A stretch of 64,000 nt of DNA. Origin: an uncultured Candidatus Binatia bacterium (GTDB lineage: Bacteria > Desulfobacterota > Binatia > UBA9968 > CAXXLF01). A model generated the notes under the pieces. The model was given only the letters and a program-made list of their open reading frames with translations. It ran no database searches and was not told the origin of the DNA. This document shows positions 53,954 through 63,366 of the stretch, piece by piece. The stretch lies in the NCBI GenBank assembly GCA_965218425.1, contig OZ244621.1, positions 3,968,001 through 4,032,000 of the forward strand, read 5' to 3'. Made by a program: the position numbers and the translations under genes. Positions within the stretch are counted from its first letter, which is position 1. Each line of letters begins with the position of its first letter.

Positions 53954-54685
53954 CTACTTCACCTGGGGCAACCTGGGCCACTCCTCCAGTAGTCTGCCGG
54001 CACCAGGCACTCGAAACTTCAAACCCAGCCTCGATAAAATATTCCAGAGCATGGCAGGGTTACTGGCTACAACCGGGCTGGATAACCCTCGTTCAATTCG
54101 CGCCACCACCGCCAGAGGATCCAGCACACCTCCCTGAAAATAAATAGCCTGAAAATCTTTGACTGACTCGACGCATTTCTTAGTCAGCGAAAAAACATCA
54201 TCTGGTCCCAGCTTTGTTGCGTCCTTATAGTCTTTGAACGGCGGAGGCGGAGAAATCGCTTTTAAGCCTTGTTTGGCCAGGTAGCCCCTGATCAACTGAT
54301 TCATAGAGTCATCAAAGGGTGTCATCAGAAGGAACTGCTTCGCTGAGAAGGCCCTGAGCGCAGTTACACAGGATTCCAGTGCCGTTGACACCGGCACTTT
54401 TATGGCTCCGTGGAGTTCTTCCGCCAGCCCCGGGTTCATGAGCTCCAGGGGCGCGCCGCCGACAAACACGCCCTGCCAACCGTTGGCCCGCACCAGCTCG
54501 CTAACCTTCTCTATCACCGCCCCCGTTTTACCCCTGAAATCGTTGAATGAGGTTCGAACGAACTCCAACCCATCGATGTCCATCTGCACCCCTTCCGGCA
54601 CCACCGCCTTGAAGCTCTCGATATGGGGGCTCGCCCCGGAAACAGGACTGACAAATCCGATCTTGGCCTTGATGGTCCGAGCCAT
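53954..54685 (-). CDS. Asp/Glu racemase / maleate isomerase / arylmalonate decarboxylase fold protein
   Basis: KIGFVSP, VPVSTA, ALRAFSAK..LMTPF, PVVASNPAMLW. Confidence 0.75.
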   Translation of the reverse strand: MARTIKAKIGFVSPVSGASPHIESFKAVVPEGVQMDIDGLEFVRTSFNDFRGKTGAVIEKVSELVRANGWQGVFVGGAPLELMNPGLAEELHGAIKVPVSTALESCVTALRAFSAKQFLLMTPFDDSMNQLIRGYLAKQGLKAISPPPPFKDYKDATKLGPDDVFSLTKKCVESVKDFQAIYFQGGVLDPLAVVARIERGLSSPVVASNPAMLWNILSRLGLKFRVPGAGRLLEEWPRLPQVK

Positions 54686-54769
54686 AATCCCTCCTGTTCT
54701 GGCGATTGGGGTCAGACTGAGCTAGCCCGAGCATGACGGACACCCTCAGGTTAACCGCAGCGTCTTTTT

Positions 54770-55834
54770 CTAAAGTCCGTAGAACGCCTGGGAGTTGCTC
54801 TCCAGGATCTTGTGGGCCTGATCGTTGCTGATCCTGCTCTCGTCCACCCAGTTATGCACCTCGTTCAACCCGCTCAGGTTGGCGGAGATATCGGTATGGC
54901 TGTAGTCCGTGCCGATCATCAGGTGGTCTTCAGTTCCGAACTTCAGCAGGGACTCAATGTCGTCAATAGGGTCAATGGTGATGAACGCACGGTTCTCTCG
55001 AAACAGTCCCGGCTCCAGTTTGAACAGGTGGGGCAATCGACTCTGCCGACCTCGCAGTGCCGCACGCTTCTTAGCTCCCAATTGCGACATTACATAAGGA
55101 ATCCAGGACGCTCCGGACTCAATGAAACCAAACCGGAGTTTCGGGAACTTCTTTGGAACCCCGGAGCTTACCAGCTCACCGAAGGAGTACATGACAGGAA
55201 AGCCCCTGTCCCATTCGTGGCCGGGCAGCGGGTGGCCCGTGTGAATGCACAGAGGCAGCTCGAGTGCATTGGCCTCCTCATAGATTGGAAAGAAGTGCGG
55301 GTCGGTGACTTTCCTGTCGAGGTCAAACCCCCGCTTGAAGATGCCACAGGCCCCGTGCTCCTTTGCCCAGCGCAGTTCCTCAACGGCTTTGTCGGGCTGC
55401 AGCAAAGGCAACACAGCCGCCCACTGCAACCGCCCATTTGTTGGCGCACATTTCTCGGCAAGCCAGCGGTTGTAGGTGGTGGTCAGTGCCCATTCGGCTT
55501 CGGCGCTGTTCGTGTTGTAGCGGATGAAGAAGGTGGGGAATATAACCTGCACATCTACGCCCATCTCGTCCATATGGGCTAAGCGGCCCTGTACGTCCTC
55601 CAGCTCTCGCCGCACCCGGAGTGGATGATTCACTTCGTCGCGGATGGCACGGTTCTGCAGCCTGCCTTCAACCACCCATCTGCGGCTGTTGGTCGGGTTT
55701 AAGCCGGCACGTCTGGCCTCTTCTGGCGGTAAAGTGACTGTTACCGGTATATACTTTGCGTAGGGAGTACCCTCCAACTTTGCCCAGGTGGACTCTGACT
55801 CGTCAACATGTGTATCGGCATCAATCACTGGCAT
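54770..55834 (-). CDS. Amidohydrolase_2 family protein (decarboxylase/hydratase-like)
   Basis: IDADTHVDE, MDEMGVDVQVIFPT, LCIHTG, FIESGASWIP, GTDYSH. Confidence 0.88.
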   Translation of the reverse strand: MPVIDADTHVDESESTWAKLEGTPYAKYIPVTVTLPPEEARRAGLNPTNSRRWVVEGRLQNRAIRDEVNHPLRVRRELEDVQGRLAHMDEMGVDVQVIFPTFFIRYNTNSAEAEWALTTTYNRWLAEKCAPTNGRLQWAAVLPLLQPDKAVEELRWAKEHGACGIFKRGFDLDRKVTDPHFFPIYEEANALELPLCIHTGHPLPGHEWDRGFPVMYSFGELVSSGVPKKFPKLRFGFIESGASWIPYVMSQLGAKKRAALRGRQSRLPHLFKLEPGLFRENRAFITIDPIDDIESLLKFGTEDHLMIGTDYSHTDISANLSGLNEVHNWVDESRISNDQAHKILESNSQAFYGL

Positions 55835-56013
55835 GGCAAAACCTCCTACACTTGCTACAACTAGGATTCGCTCAACCGACCCATTCCAGGCAAGCCTACC
55901 AATCTTTCAGGGCAGTCTCAAGGTTGGTAAATTGTGAGTTGGAATTGGTGAGAGGCAGAGGCCCAAGATAGCAAAGGGGTCAGCCGCTACCACTAGACGC
56001 TGGATCTTTAAGT

Positions 56014-56367
56014 TTAGTCGCAGTAGAACTCCACCCAGTAGCCGTTGGGATCGCAGAAGTAGACGCTTCGGTTTCCCCGTTGTCCTTCGATCTTCACCTT
56101 TTCCTTCTTGAGACGTTTCTTGACCTGGTTCATGACGGGGCGAGAGACGCTAAAGCCAAAGTGATCCAATCCCCGGGACGTCTTGAGCGTTTCCCTGCTC
56201 TTCACAAAGTCCAGGAGATCATCCTGTTTTGGCCAGCGGAGAAAAAGCCTTTTTGGGGGATGACGAAATGCGACTTCGAGGCCCAACACTTCCGTGTAAA
56301 ATCGCTCCGTTTTTTCAAGATCACCTGTCTTTAACGATAAGTGACGTAGGCCGGTGTTACGCTTCAT
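56014..56367 (-). CDS. VOC/glyoxalase family protein
   Basis: LRHLSL..FYTEVLGL, GLDHFGF, YFCDPNGYWVE. Confidence 0.88.
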   Translation of the reverse strand: MKRNTGLRHLSLKTGDLEKTERFYTEVLGLEVAFRHPPKRLFLRWPKQDDLLDFVKSRETLKTSRGLDHFGFSVSRPVMNQVKKRLKKEKVKIEGQRGNRSVYFCDPNGYWVEFYCD

Positions 56368-56399
56368 TTGAACCCTCCCTTTGGTCCATGTCGAACCTG

Positions 56400-58718
56400 T
56401 TACTTGCTACGAGATTGATCCTTTTCGGATGTGAGGGCAAGAAAAATCTTCTCCCCCGTTACCGGGAGCTCTTTGATTCGCACCCCCACGGCGTCAAAGA
56501 CAGCATTGGCGATGGCAGGCGCCACGGGAATAAGGGCGGTCTCACCGATCCCCTTGGCCCCCAGGGGCCCCTCGCTGTGGGGGATCTCCAGAGCGATGGG
56601 TTCAATCACCTCCGGCATATCTCCCAGTGCCGGCAGGATGTAGTCGATAAAATTAGGATTCACCAGTTGCCCGTTGTCGAAGACGAGTTCTTCAAACATG
56701 GCTTGCCCCATGCCGGTGATGGCCGCGCCACGAAGTTGTTGCTGACAACCCAGAGGGTTAACCGCCTTTCCCACGTCCACCGCGGTGGCATACTTCAGGA
56801 TCTTTAGCTTGCCAGTCCTTTGATCCACTTCCACCTCGATGGCACCTGCCCCCACGAACCAGAAGGCAGAGGTCATCTTCTCCCCATTGGGCTGCGCGGC
56901 CTGAGTCCGCACTTCTCCCTGACCCAGCAGAGTGCCACCGGGCATGCCAAAGTGCTTGAAGAGCACTTCTTTGTAATCCAGCGCTGTTTCCGGAAGTCTC
57001 ACCTTGCCACCGGACAAAGTCAAATGCTTGGCTGAAATCCCGTATTCACTAGTGACAATATCCTTTAACTGTTGGCCGATATCCCTGGCTGCCAACTGGA
57101 CAGCCTTACCCATATGAAAAGTGGACCGGCTGGATGAAGTGGTCAGATCGTAAGGCGCCACGTCGGTGTCTGCGGCCAACACCTGGATTCTATCCATCGG
57201 GATCTCCAGCTCATGGTTGACCATCTGTGCCAGGACCGTTTCAGAGCCTTGACCCATTTCCACGGTGCCGGTAAAAATAGTGGCACTTCCGTCCTCGTTG
57301 AGCTTCACCGTTGCACATGAGACGGACGGGGTGATGGTGGCCTTGATCAAACAGGCGATACCCTTTCCCCGGCGACTCTGACCGTTACGGGACTGAGGCG
57401 GTTTTTTCTTCCAATCCACCGACGCCGCCACTTTTTCCAGGCAGCTCTTCAAGCCGATGCTGGATAGATGCTCACCGGTCACGAACTCGCTCCCCTCCTC
57501 GTAGGCGTTTTTGAGGCGAATCTCTAAAGGGTCCATCTTCAAGGCAGCCGCGATGATGTCCATCTGGGACTCATTGGCCCAGGCGGATTGGGACACCCCA
57601 AAACCGCGGAATGCACCTGCCGGGGGTTTATTGGTATAGACGGACAGCGAGTCAATCTTTACATTGGGGATTTTATAAGGTCCCGCTGCGGTGTAGCCTG
57701 ATTTCATGGCCACTCGCGGCCCGATCTCGGCATAGGCGCCGGTATCAAATAGCATCTCGCACTCACGCGCCACCAGGGTTCCGTCCTTCTTTACACCCGT
57801 TTTCAATCTGATGGCCGCGGCGTGTTTTGTAACGGTGAAAAATACCTCTTCGCGAGTGAGTAAAATTCGCACCGCCAGCCCCGCCTTTTTAGCCAGGGCA
57901 ACCGTCAGGGGTTCCAGTTTGGGATAGACCTTGCTCCCGTAACCGCCTCCCAAGTATGGAGCAACCACCCGAACCTTGGATACCGGAACCTTGAAGATAT
58001 TGGCGAGCTGGGTGCGCACCACAAAGGGATTCTGAGTGGTGGACCAGACCGAAATACGTCCGTCCGCTTCAACTGAGGCAATACAACCATGGGGCTCCAG
58101 GGCCGCATGCTGTGTGGTGGGTAGGGCAAAGGTATCCTCAAAAATGTGATCCGATTCCTTGAAACCTCTTTCCACATCGCCCTTTGTAAGCTTGAAATGG
58201 GTGCAGATATTCGTTCCTTCCACGGCTTCAATCTCAGCCAGATCAGCAAAGCCGCGCACCGGTTTCTGAACCGTCTCGTGCACCAGGGATGCGCCCTTTT
58301 TAGCGGCCTCGTTTACATCATATACCGCTGGAAGCTCCTCGTATTCCACGTCAATGGCCTGAATGGCCTCTTGCGCTGTACCCGGATCCCTTGCGGCAAC
58401 CGCTGCAATGGGATCGCCCACATGGCGGACCTTTTCCACGGCCACAATGGTCTGATCCTTGAAGACGGGTCCGTAGTAGGGATCAATCCCCCGGTCTTTG
58501 ACAATGTCATCGCGGGTGAGTACCGCGAGGACTCCCGGTATCTTCAATGCATTGGAGGCATCGATGCTTCCAATCCGCGCGTGGGGGACCTGACTGCGCA
58601 GCACGCGTCCATAGCACATGCCGGGGACTTGCATATCGGCGAGATAAACTGCCCGACCGGTGACCTTGGCCTTGACGTCCAGGCGACGTACCGAGTTTTT
58701 AATAGAATGATCTGCCAT
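56400..58718 (-). CDS. Xanthine dehydrogenase-family molybdopterin-binding subunit
   Basis: Start ATG 58718; GGGYGSK, AGAFRGFG, EMGQGS, GAKGIGE. Confidence 0.92.
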   Translation of the reverse strand: MADHSIKNSVRRLDVKAKVTGRAVYLADMQVPGMCYGRVLRSQVPHARIGSIDASNALKIPGVLAVLTRDDIVKDRGIDPYYGPVFKDQTIVAVEKVRHVGDPIAAVAARDPGTAQEAIQAIDVEYEELPAVYDVNEAAKKGASLVHETVQKPVRGFADLAEIEAVEGTNICTHFKLTKGDVERGFKESDHIFEDTFALPTTQHAALEPHGCIASVEADGRISVWSTTQNPFVVRTQLANIFKVPVSKVRVVAPYLGGGYGSKVYPKLEPLTVALAKKAGLAVRILLTREEVFFTVTKHAAAIRLKTGVKKDGTLVARECEMLFDTGAYAEIGPRVAMKSGYTAAGPYKIPNVKIDSLSVYTNKPPAGAFRGFGVSQSAWANESQMDIIAAALKMDPLEIRLKNAYEEGSEFVTGEHLSSIGLKSCLEKVAASVDWKKKPPQSRNGQSRRGKGIACLIKATITPSVSCATVKLNEDGSATIFTGTVEMGQGSETVLAQMVNHELEIPMDRIQVLAADTDVAPYDLTTSSSRSTFHMGKAVQLAARDIGQQLKDIVTSEYGISAKHLTLSGGKVRLPETALDYKEVLFKHFGMPGGTLLGQGEVRTQAAQPNGEKMTSAFWFVGAGAIEVEVDQRTGKLKILKYATAVDVGKAVNPLGCQQQLRGAAITGMGQAMFEELVFDNGQLVNPNFIDYILPALGDMPEVIEPIALEIPHSEGPLGAKGIGETALIPVAPAIANAVFDAVGVRIKELPVTGEKIFLALTSEKDQSRSK

Positions 58719-58728
58719 GCTGCGATCC

Positions 58729-59190
58729 CTATCGACCTGCAACTTTCTGGATGGCTTCAACAATTTCGTGGTAGCACCCGCACCGACAAAAGTTTCCCGT
58801 TAGATAGCTGCGGATCTCCGCCACAGTCGGGTGGGGATTTTCCGCCAACAGCGCTTTGGCGGTCAGAATAAATCCCGAGGTGCAATAACCGCACTGTAAC
58901 GCTCCAAAATCCATGAAGGCCTCTTGCACAGGGTCTAAAGTGTCTCCGTTTCCCAATCCTTCGATAGTCGTGACGCTACAACCGCCGGCATCCACCGCAA
59001 GGGTAGAACAGGCGCTCACCGGTTTGCCATCCAGCAGCACGGTGCAAGTGCCACACACCTGGATATCGCAGCCAAGCTTTGCGCCGGTCAATGCTAGATG
59101 GTCCCGTAAAACCTCCAGTAGGGTTACTCGAGGTTCCACCTCCATCTCCCGCTCTCTACCGTTAACCGTGATACGAACGGATTTCTTCAT
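58729..59190 (-). CDS. (2Fe-2S)-binding small subunit (CoxS/CutS-like)
   Basis: Start ATG 59190; GCDIQVCGTCTV, QCGYC, CRCGCY. Confidence 0.93.
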   Translation of the reverse strand: MKKSVRITVNGREREMEVEPRVTLLEVLRDHLALTGAKLGCDIQVCGTCTVLLDGKPVSACSTLAVDAGGCSVTTIEGLGNGDTLDPVQEAFMDFGALQCGYCTSGFILTAKALLAENPHPTVAEIRSYLTGNFCRCGCYHEIVEAIQKVAGR

Positions 59191-60074
59191 GACTTCTTTG
59201 CTGCCGCCTCCGCCCGCTCGTAGGCCTTTGGAACGGCCTGTCTGAGCAGGGCGCTCACCATCTCCCTCTTGTATCTCTCCGATCCGCGCAGGTCGTCCAG
59301 TGGACTGCACTCCTGAGAGGCCAGGTGGGCGGCCTCCTCCACTGCGTCAGGCTTGATCTGCTTCCCCTCCAACGCCTGTTCCGCCTTGCGGGCGCGTATG
59401 GGTGTGGGAGCAACGCAACCCAGGGCAATCCTCACGTTGCGACAGATTCGATTCTTCGGCTCCAGGGTAATCCGCACCGAAACCCCAACGCAGGGTTTGT
59501 CCACCACCGAACCGCTGGAAAACCGGATATACTCCACGCCTGTACGGGGAGGCGCAGGGGGAATTTCCACCTGGGTCAGGACCTCGTCATCGGCAAGAAC
59601 AGTCCGGTAATAGTCCAGAAAGAGCTCCTCTAGCGCCAGGGTGCGTTTTCCCGATGCCCCAAGAATGTTAACCCGGGCATCAAGGGAGATGAATAGGGAC
59701 GGCAGATCTGTCAGAGGTTCCCCCGAGGCCAGATTTCCACCTACGGTTCCCATGCTGCGCACCCGGATGTTCGCCACCTCCCGCTCCACGTGGCGCAGGA
59801 TGGGAAGTTTTTTCAAGACCAGTTCCGACGTCTCCAGATCGTGATGGGTAACCAGGGCTCCAATAATCAAACCCTTGGTAGAATCATATGAAATGTTCCT
59901 GAGATTGGGGATCCTCTTGATGTTGATCAAGGCCTTGGGTCGAAGCAGCCCCTGCTTCAGGAGAATAGTAAGGCCGGTACCTCCCGCGTAAACCCGCGCC
60001 TCCCCTCCGTATTGCTCGAGCAGGCTGCACGCCTCACCCACCGTGGCCGGTTCAAGGTACTCGAAGTCTCTCAT
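59187..60074 (-). CDS. FAD-binding medium subunit (CoxM/CutM-like)
   Basis: AGGTGL, GTVGGNL, DLRGSERYK. Confidence 0.92.
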   Translation of the reverse strand: MRDFEYLEPATVGEACSLLEQYGGEARVYAGGTGLTILLKQGLLRPKALINIKRIPNLRNISYDSTKGLIIGALVTHHDLETSELVLKKLPILRHVEREVANIRVRSMGTVGGNLASGEPLTDLPSLFISLDARVNILGASGKRTLALEELFLDYYRTVLADDEVLTQVEIPPAPPRTGVEYIRFSSGSVVDKPCVGVSVRITLEPKNRICRNVRIALGCVAPTPIRARKAEQALEGKQIKPDAVEEAAHLASQECSPLDDLRGSERYKREMVSALLRQAVPKAYERAEAAAKKS

Positions 60075-60157
60075 ACAAGGTCTAAATTCTTACCGATAAA
60101 ACGTTTAACACGACGACATTGAGCAACTATTTTTTTCGCCAAGATGTCGGCAAGTTA

Positions 60158-60380
60158 AAACCCTAATTCCAAAGCACGAAATCCTATACAATTTCAAAAC
60201 TTCAAACTATCAATGTTCAAAACCTATGACAAAAACTCTCGCGTTTCTTGCAAAGACGACAATCCAGGCACTTAAGACAAGGGGGTTGATCTTTTTGTTT
60301 TGAACTTTGGTAATTTGAATTTGTTTCGAGTTTCGAATTTGTAATCTTGTTTATACCTGGCGCCCTTTGCGTCTTTGCGC
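60158..60380. repeat. Degenerate inverted-arm element of ~7-nt units
   Basis: A/C-rich arm (..AATTTCAAAACTTCAAA..GTTCAAAAC) faces a T/G-rich arm (GTTTTGAAC..TTTGAATTTGTTTCGAGTTTCGAATTTG); ends with CCCTTTGCGTCTTTGCGC. Confidence 0.6.
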
Positions 60381-60434
60381 AAGGCATTTTTTTCTTGATT
60401 TCGTCATCTATCCTTCAGCTGCAAATCTCAACTA

Positions 60435-61784
60435 TTATTTTATGTACTTGACCTTGTCGACTCCGGGGACCCTGACCCTGTCGAATCGCTCATGCTCCCC
60501 TATGGGCATGGTGGCGTCCATCCCCCACCCCGCCGTGGTACGAGGCTTCGGGACCGATGGATCCAAGGTGGAACTGGCGAGACGTGGAATAATAATGATA
60601 TCCCGATCGGGCTGCATGCGGGTGCTGGCGGCCCAATCCACTTCGAGAGGGTTGTTCACGTTGATGTCCTCGTCCACAACCGTCACATGCTTGATGCCAA
60701 CTCCCGAGGCTAAAAGGGCCAGGATGACGTTTCTCGCCTCCTCCTCCTGCCTCTTCTTGATGGATACCACCACATGATGTCGAAAGGTCCCGCCCGCTGT
60801 CAGGCAGATCCCCCTCACCTCCGGGACGATCTTTTTTACCTCGCGGTAAACATGGGCGGCGTTGGCATATTTGATTAGCGTATGGTTCTCCGTCACGGGA
60901 AATCCTGCCAGACAGGTTTGATAGATTGGATTTTCCCGCATGGTGATGGCCTTCACTATTAATACTGCGGCCTGCTTGGCCTCACTGTAGCAGCCCTGGT
61001 ACTCCCCGTAGGGGCCATCGGTAATTCGTTCTCCCGGAAGGGTCACCCCTTCAATCACAATTTCTGCTGAAGCCGGCACTTCCACATCGATGGTCTGGCA
61101 CTTCCTCAGCTTAACGGGGGAACCCCGCAATCCTCCGGCAACTTCGAACTCGTCCACTCCCATGGGAACCTTTGCCTGAGATCCCACCACGATGGCCGGA
61201 TCCACTCCGATGGCAGTCGCCACTTCGAGTCCTTCGCCCCTTTCCTCCGCCTTGGCGATGAAACGGCCCAGGTGGTGGTCGGGAGGCGCCCAGAGAGACA
61301 GACGATCTTTACCCGACCGCAACATTCGGTGAATGGAAACGTTACGCTCACCGGTATCAGGATCTTTGCCCACCTGCACACCGATGGTAATGTACGGACC
61401 CACGTCCCGCTCCGAATGGGTAACGATGGGCAGGCGGTTGAGGTCAATCTGCGCGCCTGTCCAGGTGGTGGCTTTTTCTGCGCCACCGGAGACCAGTTGC
61501 GGAGGAATGCGTTTGTCCTCGAGGGTGAGGTATCTTTCCAGCAGTTCCTCTTCATTAACTCGCAGTCCGAGGGCCACCAGCTTCTCCGTGGCAAACAGCC
61601 CGCCCAATACCCGCCAGTTAGGAAAACCCTTAACTTTTTCAAACAAAAGGGCAGGACCCTTGACATCGGACGTTTTCCGAATACCCGCAGCGATTTCGAA
61701 TTTTGGATCCACCTCCTCGCTAACTCTAAGTAACTGCCCCTGGTCCTCCAGATGAGATAGGTAACTGCGTAGGTCTTCAAACAT
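60435..61784 (-). CDS. UbiD-family decarboxylase (different subfamily from the three at 6-16 kb)
   Basis: FEDLRSYL, NVSIHR, DGPYGEYQGCY, VDEDI, DAT. Confidence 0.9.
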   Translation of the reverse strand: MFEDLRSYLSHLEDQGQLLRVSEEVDPKFEIAAGIRKTSDVKGPALLFEKVKGFPNWRVLGGLFATEKLVALGLRVNEEELLERYLTLEDKRIPPQLVSGGAEKATTWTGAQIDLNRLPIVTHSERDVGPYITIGVQVGKDPDTGERNVSIHRMLRSGKDRLSLWAPPDHHLGRFIAKAEERGEGLEVATAIGVDPAIVVGSQAKVPMGVDEFEVAGGLRGSPVKLRKCQTIDVEVPASAEIVIEGVTLPGERITDGPYGEYQGCYSEAKQAAVLIVKAITMRENPIYQTCLAGFPVTENHTLIKYANAAHVYREVKKIVPEVRGICLTAGGTFRHHVVVSIKKRQEEEARNVILALLASGVGIKHVTVVDEDINVNNPLEVDWAASTRMQPDRDIIIIPRLASSTLDPSVPKPRTTAGWGMDATMPIGEHERFDRVRVPGVDKVKYIK

Positions 61785-61936
61785 CTCTACTCCTTTGGGA
61801 AGCCTTTCTTGAATATTAGGCTTTGAAATGCCTTACCTAGCATGGAACTCCGCTATTTAAAAGAAACCGAAACCGCCCCTAGACACTTGTGGAATCTCAC
61901 CGACCGTCATAACTTAACCCTGGATCGAAACCGGTT

Positions 61937-63052
61937 ATGGCAACGAACTCAGACACGATTACGGTGGGGGTCAGTCTTCCAAAGACCGGCCGGTACGCAA
62001 AAACCGCTGCCGTGTACTATAGCCGTGCCTACGATCTCTGGTTACAGCAGGTCAATCAAAGAGGCGGGCTGCTGGGGAAGCGTGTCGTTCTCAGGGTTTA
62101 TGACGACGAGAGCCAACCTGCCAAAGCTGCGGAGCGTTACAGGCAATTGATCCATAAAGACAAAGTGGAACTCCTGCTGGGGCCTTGTCACAGCGCGCTG
62201 GTGGAGGCGGTGGCTCCCATGGTGGAGGATGCGCACAAGCTTCTGCTGCAAGGGAGCGGGAGTTCACACGAAATCTTTCGCAAGGGACGAAAATATCTCT
62301 TCCTGTGTTGGTCCGGCTGCGACTTCGACTACCCAAAGAGCTTCCTCGAATTTTGTTTGACCAAACCTGAAAAGTTGCCGGGGAAAAGGGCCGCCCTAGC
62401 ATACACGGATGGGAGAATCGGGAATGCCGTGGCTCTGGGAGTAAAACACTATGCCAAGGTTCATGGGGTTGATCTCGTGTGCGAAAAGGTCATAGGTGAA
62501 TCCCCCGTGGACTACGCCGGGTTCATGGGGCGTGTAAAGGCATCTAACCCTGATGTCGTCCTGGTGGGCCTCGACCATGTTCGCCCGGACAATCCCATGC
62601 ACGAATGCGTATCCCATGCCTTAAGGGTTGGACTCAAGGGAACACAGCTTTGGCTTTCCGATAACCCGGCGCCCCGGGACCTTCAGCTGGGCGATGCCAT
62701 CAACGGGGTCTTCATGCGTGGGAGTTGGGTCCCGGTTGCCCAAGATCTCCTGTCCATGGAATTTACCGCGAGCTTTAAGGCCGCCTACGGAAGTAATCCA
62801 GAGTATCATTCTGCCGGCGGGTATGCGTGCTGTCAGGTTCTGGAGCGGTTGGTCCAGGATACGGGGAGCACGGACAACGAGACCCTGAGAGAAAATTTAT
62901 TGAAGATGGAGTTCGATACCGTGATGGGTAAGCTGCGCTTCGCCAATGATGGACTTCCATTGGCCACCATCCAGCTCTGCCAGTGGCAAAATGGAACCCT
63001 GGAGATCGTTTACCCCGAATCAGCAAAGACCCGTGACGCGATAATTATCTAA
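61937..63052 (+). CDS. Branched-chain amino acid-type (PBP1) ligand-binding protein lacking a signal peptide
   Basis: ITVGVSLPKTGRYA, NQRGGLLG, YDDES, LLLGP, FDTVMGKLRF, QWQNG. Confidence 0.85.
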   Translation: MATNSDTITVGVSLPKTGRYAKTAAVYYSRAYDLWLQQVNQRGGLLGKRVVLRVYDDESQPAKAAERYRQLIHKDKVELLLGPCHSALVEAVAPMVEDAHKLLLQGSGSSHEIFRKGRKYLFLCWSGCDFDYPKSFLEFCLTKPEKLPGKRAALAYTDGRIGNAVALGVKHYAKVHGVDLVCEKVIGESPVDYAGFMGRVKASNPDVVLVGLDHVRPDNPMHECVSHALRVGLKGTQLWLSDNPAPRDLQLGDAINGVFMRGSWVPVAQDLLSMEFTASFKAAYGSNPEYHSAGGYACCQVLERLVQDTGSTDNETLRENLLKMEFDTVMGKLRFANDGLPLATIQLCQWQNGTLEIVYPESAKTRDAIII

Positions 63053-63084
63053 CCGAACACAATTAGGGGTAGAAGAAAAAGATA

Positions 63085-63345
63085 TTTAGCCGCAGATTTA
63101 AGCGGACGGCTAAGCGCAGAGCGCAAAGCGACTCATCAGTGACGAGTAGCGAGGACCGAGTGGGAAATTAAGAGAGAGTGAAGGGTGTAGGGGGAGGTGA
63201 AGTCCAGACTCTATACCCAACCCCCCTACACCCTGAACTGATCGCTGAACACTTAACACGGCTTCACTGTTTTCTGCTAACTGCCCGCTGCTAGTTTCCC
63301 TTTGCGTCTTTGCGCGAAAATCTTTGCTCGATTCCCTCTCTTTAA
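63085..63345. repeat. Mosaic of short palindromic repeats between convergent genes
   Basis: Perfect 13-bp IR AGGGTGTAGGGGG (63182-94) / CCCCCTACACCCT (63222-34); 18-mer CCCTTTGCGTCTTTGCGC (63298-315) identical to 60363-80. Confidence 0.6.
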
Positions 63346-63366
63346 CTATTGGTAAGCAACTGAGAA

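Noticed and set aside
56400..60074. Aerobic CO dehydrogenase (coxMSL)
   Set aside because: The large subunit has AFRGFG, not the form I AYxCSFR signature, and no cox accessory genes are present.
60158..63345. CRISPR array
   Set aside because: Repeats are degenerate, inverted and not regularly spaced; no cas genes.
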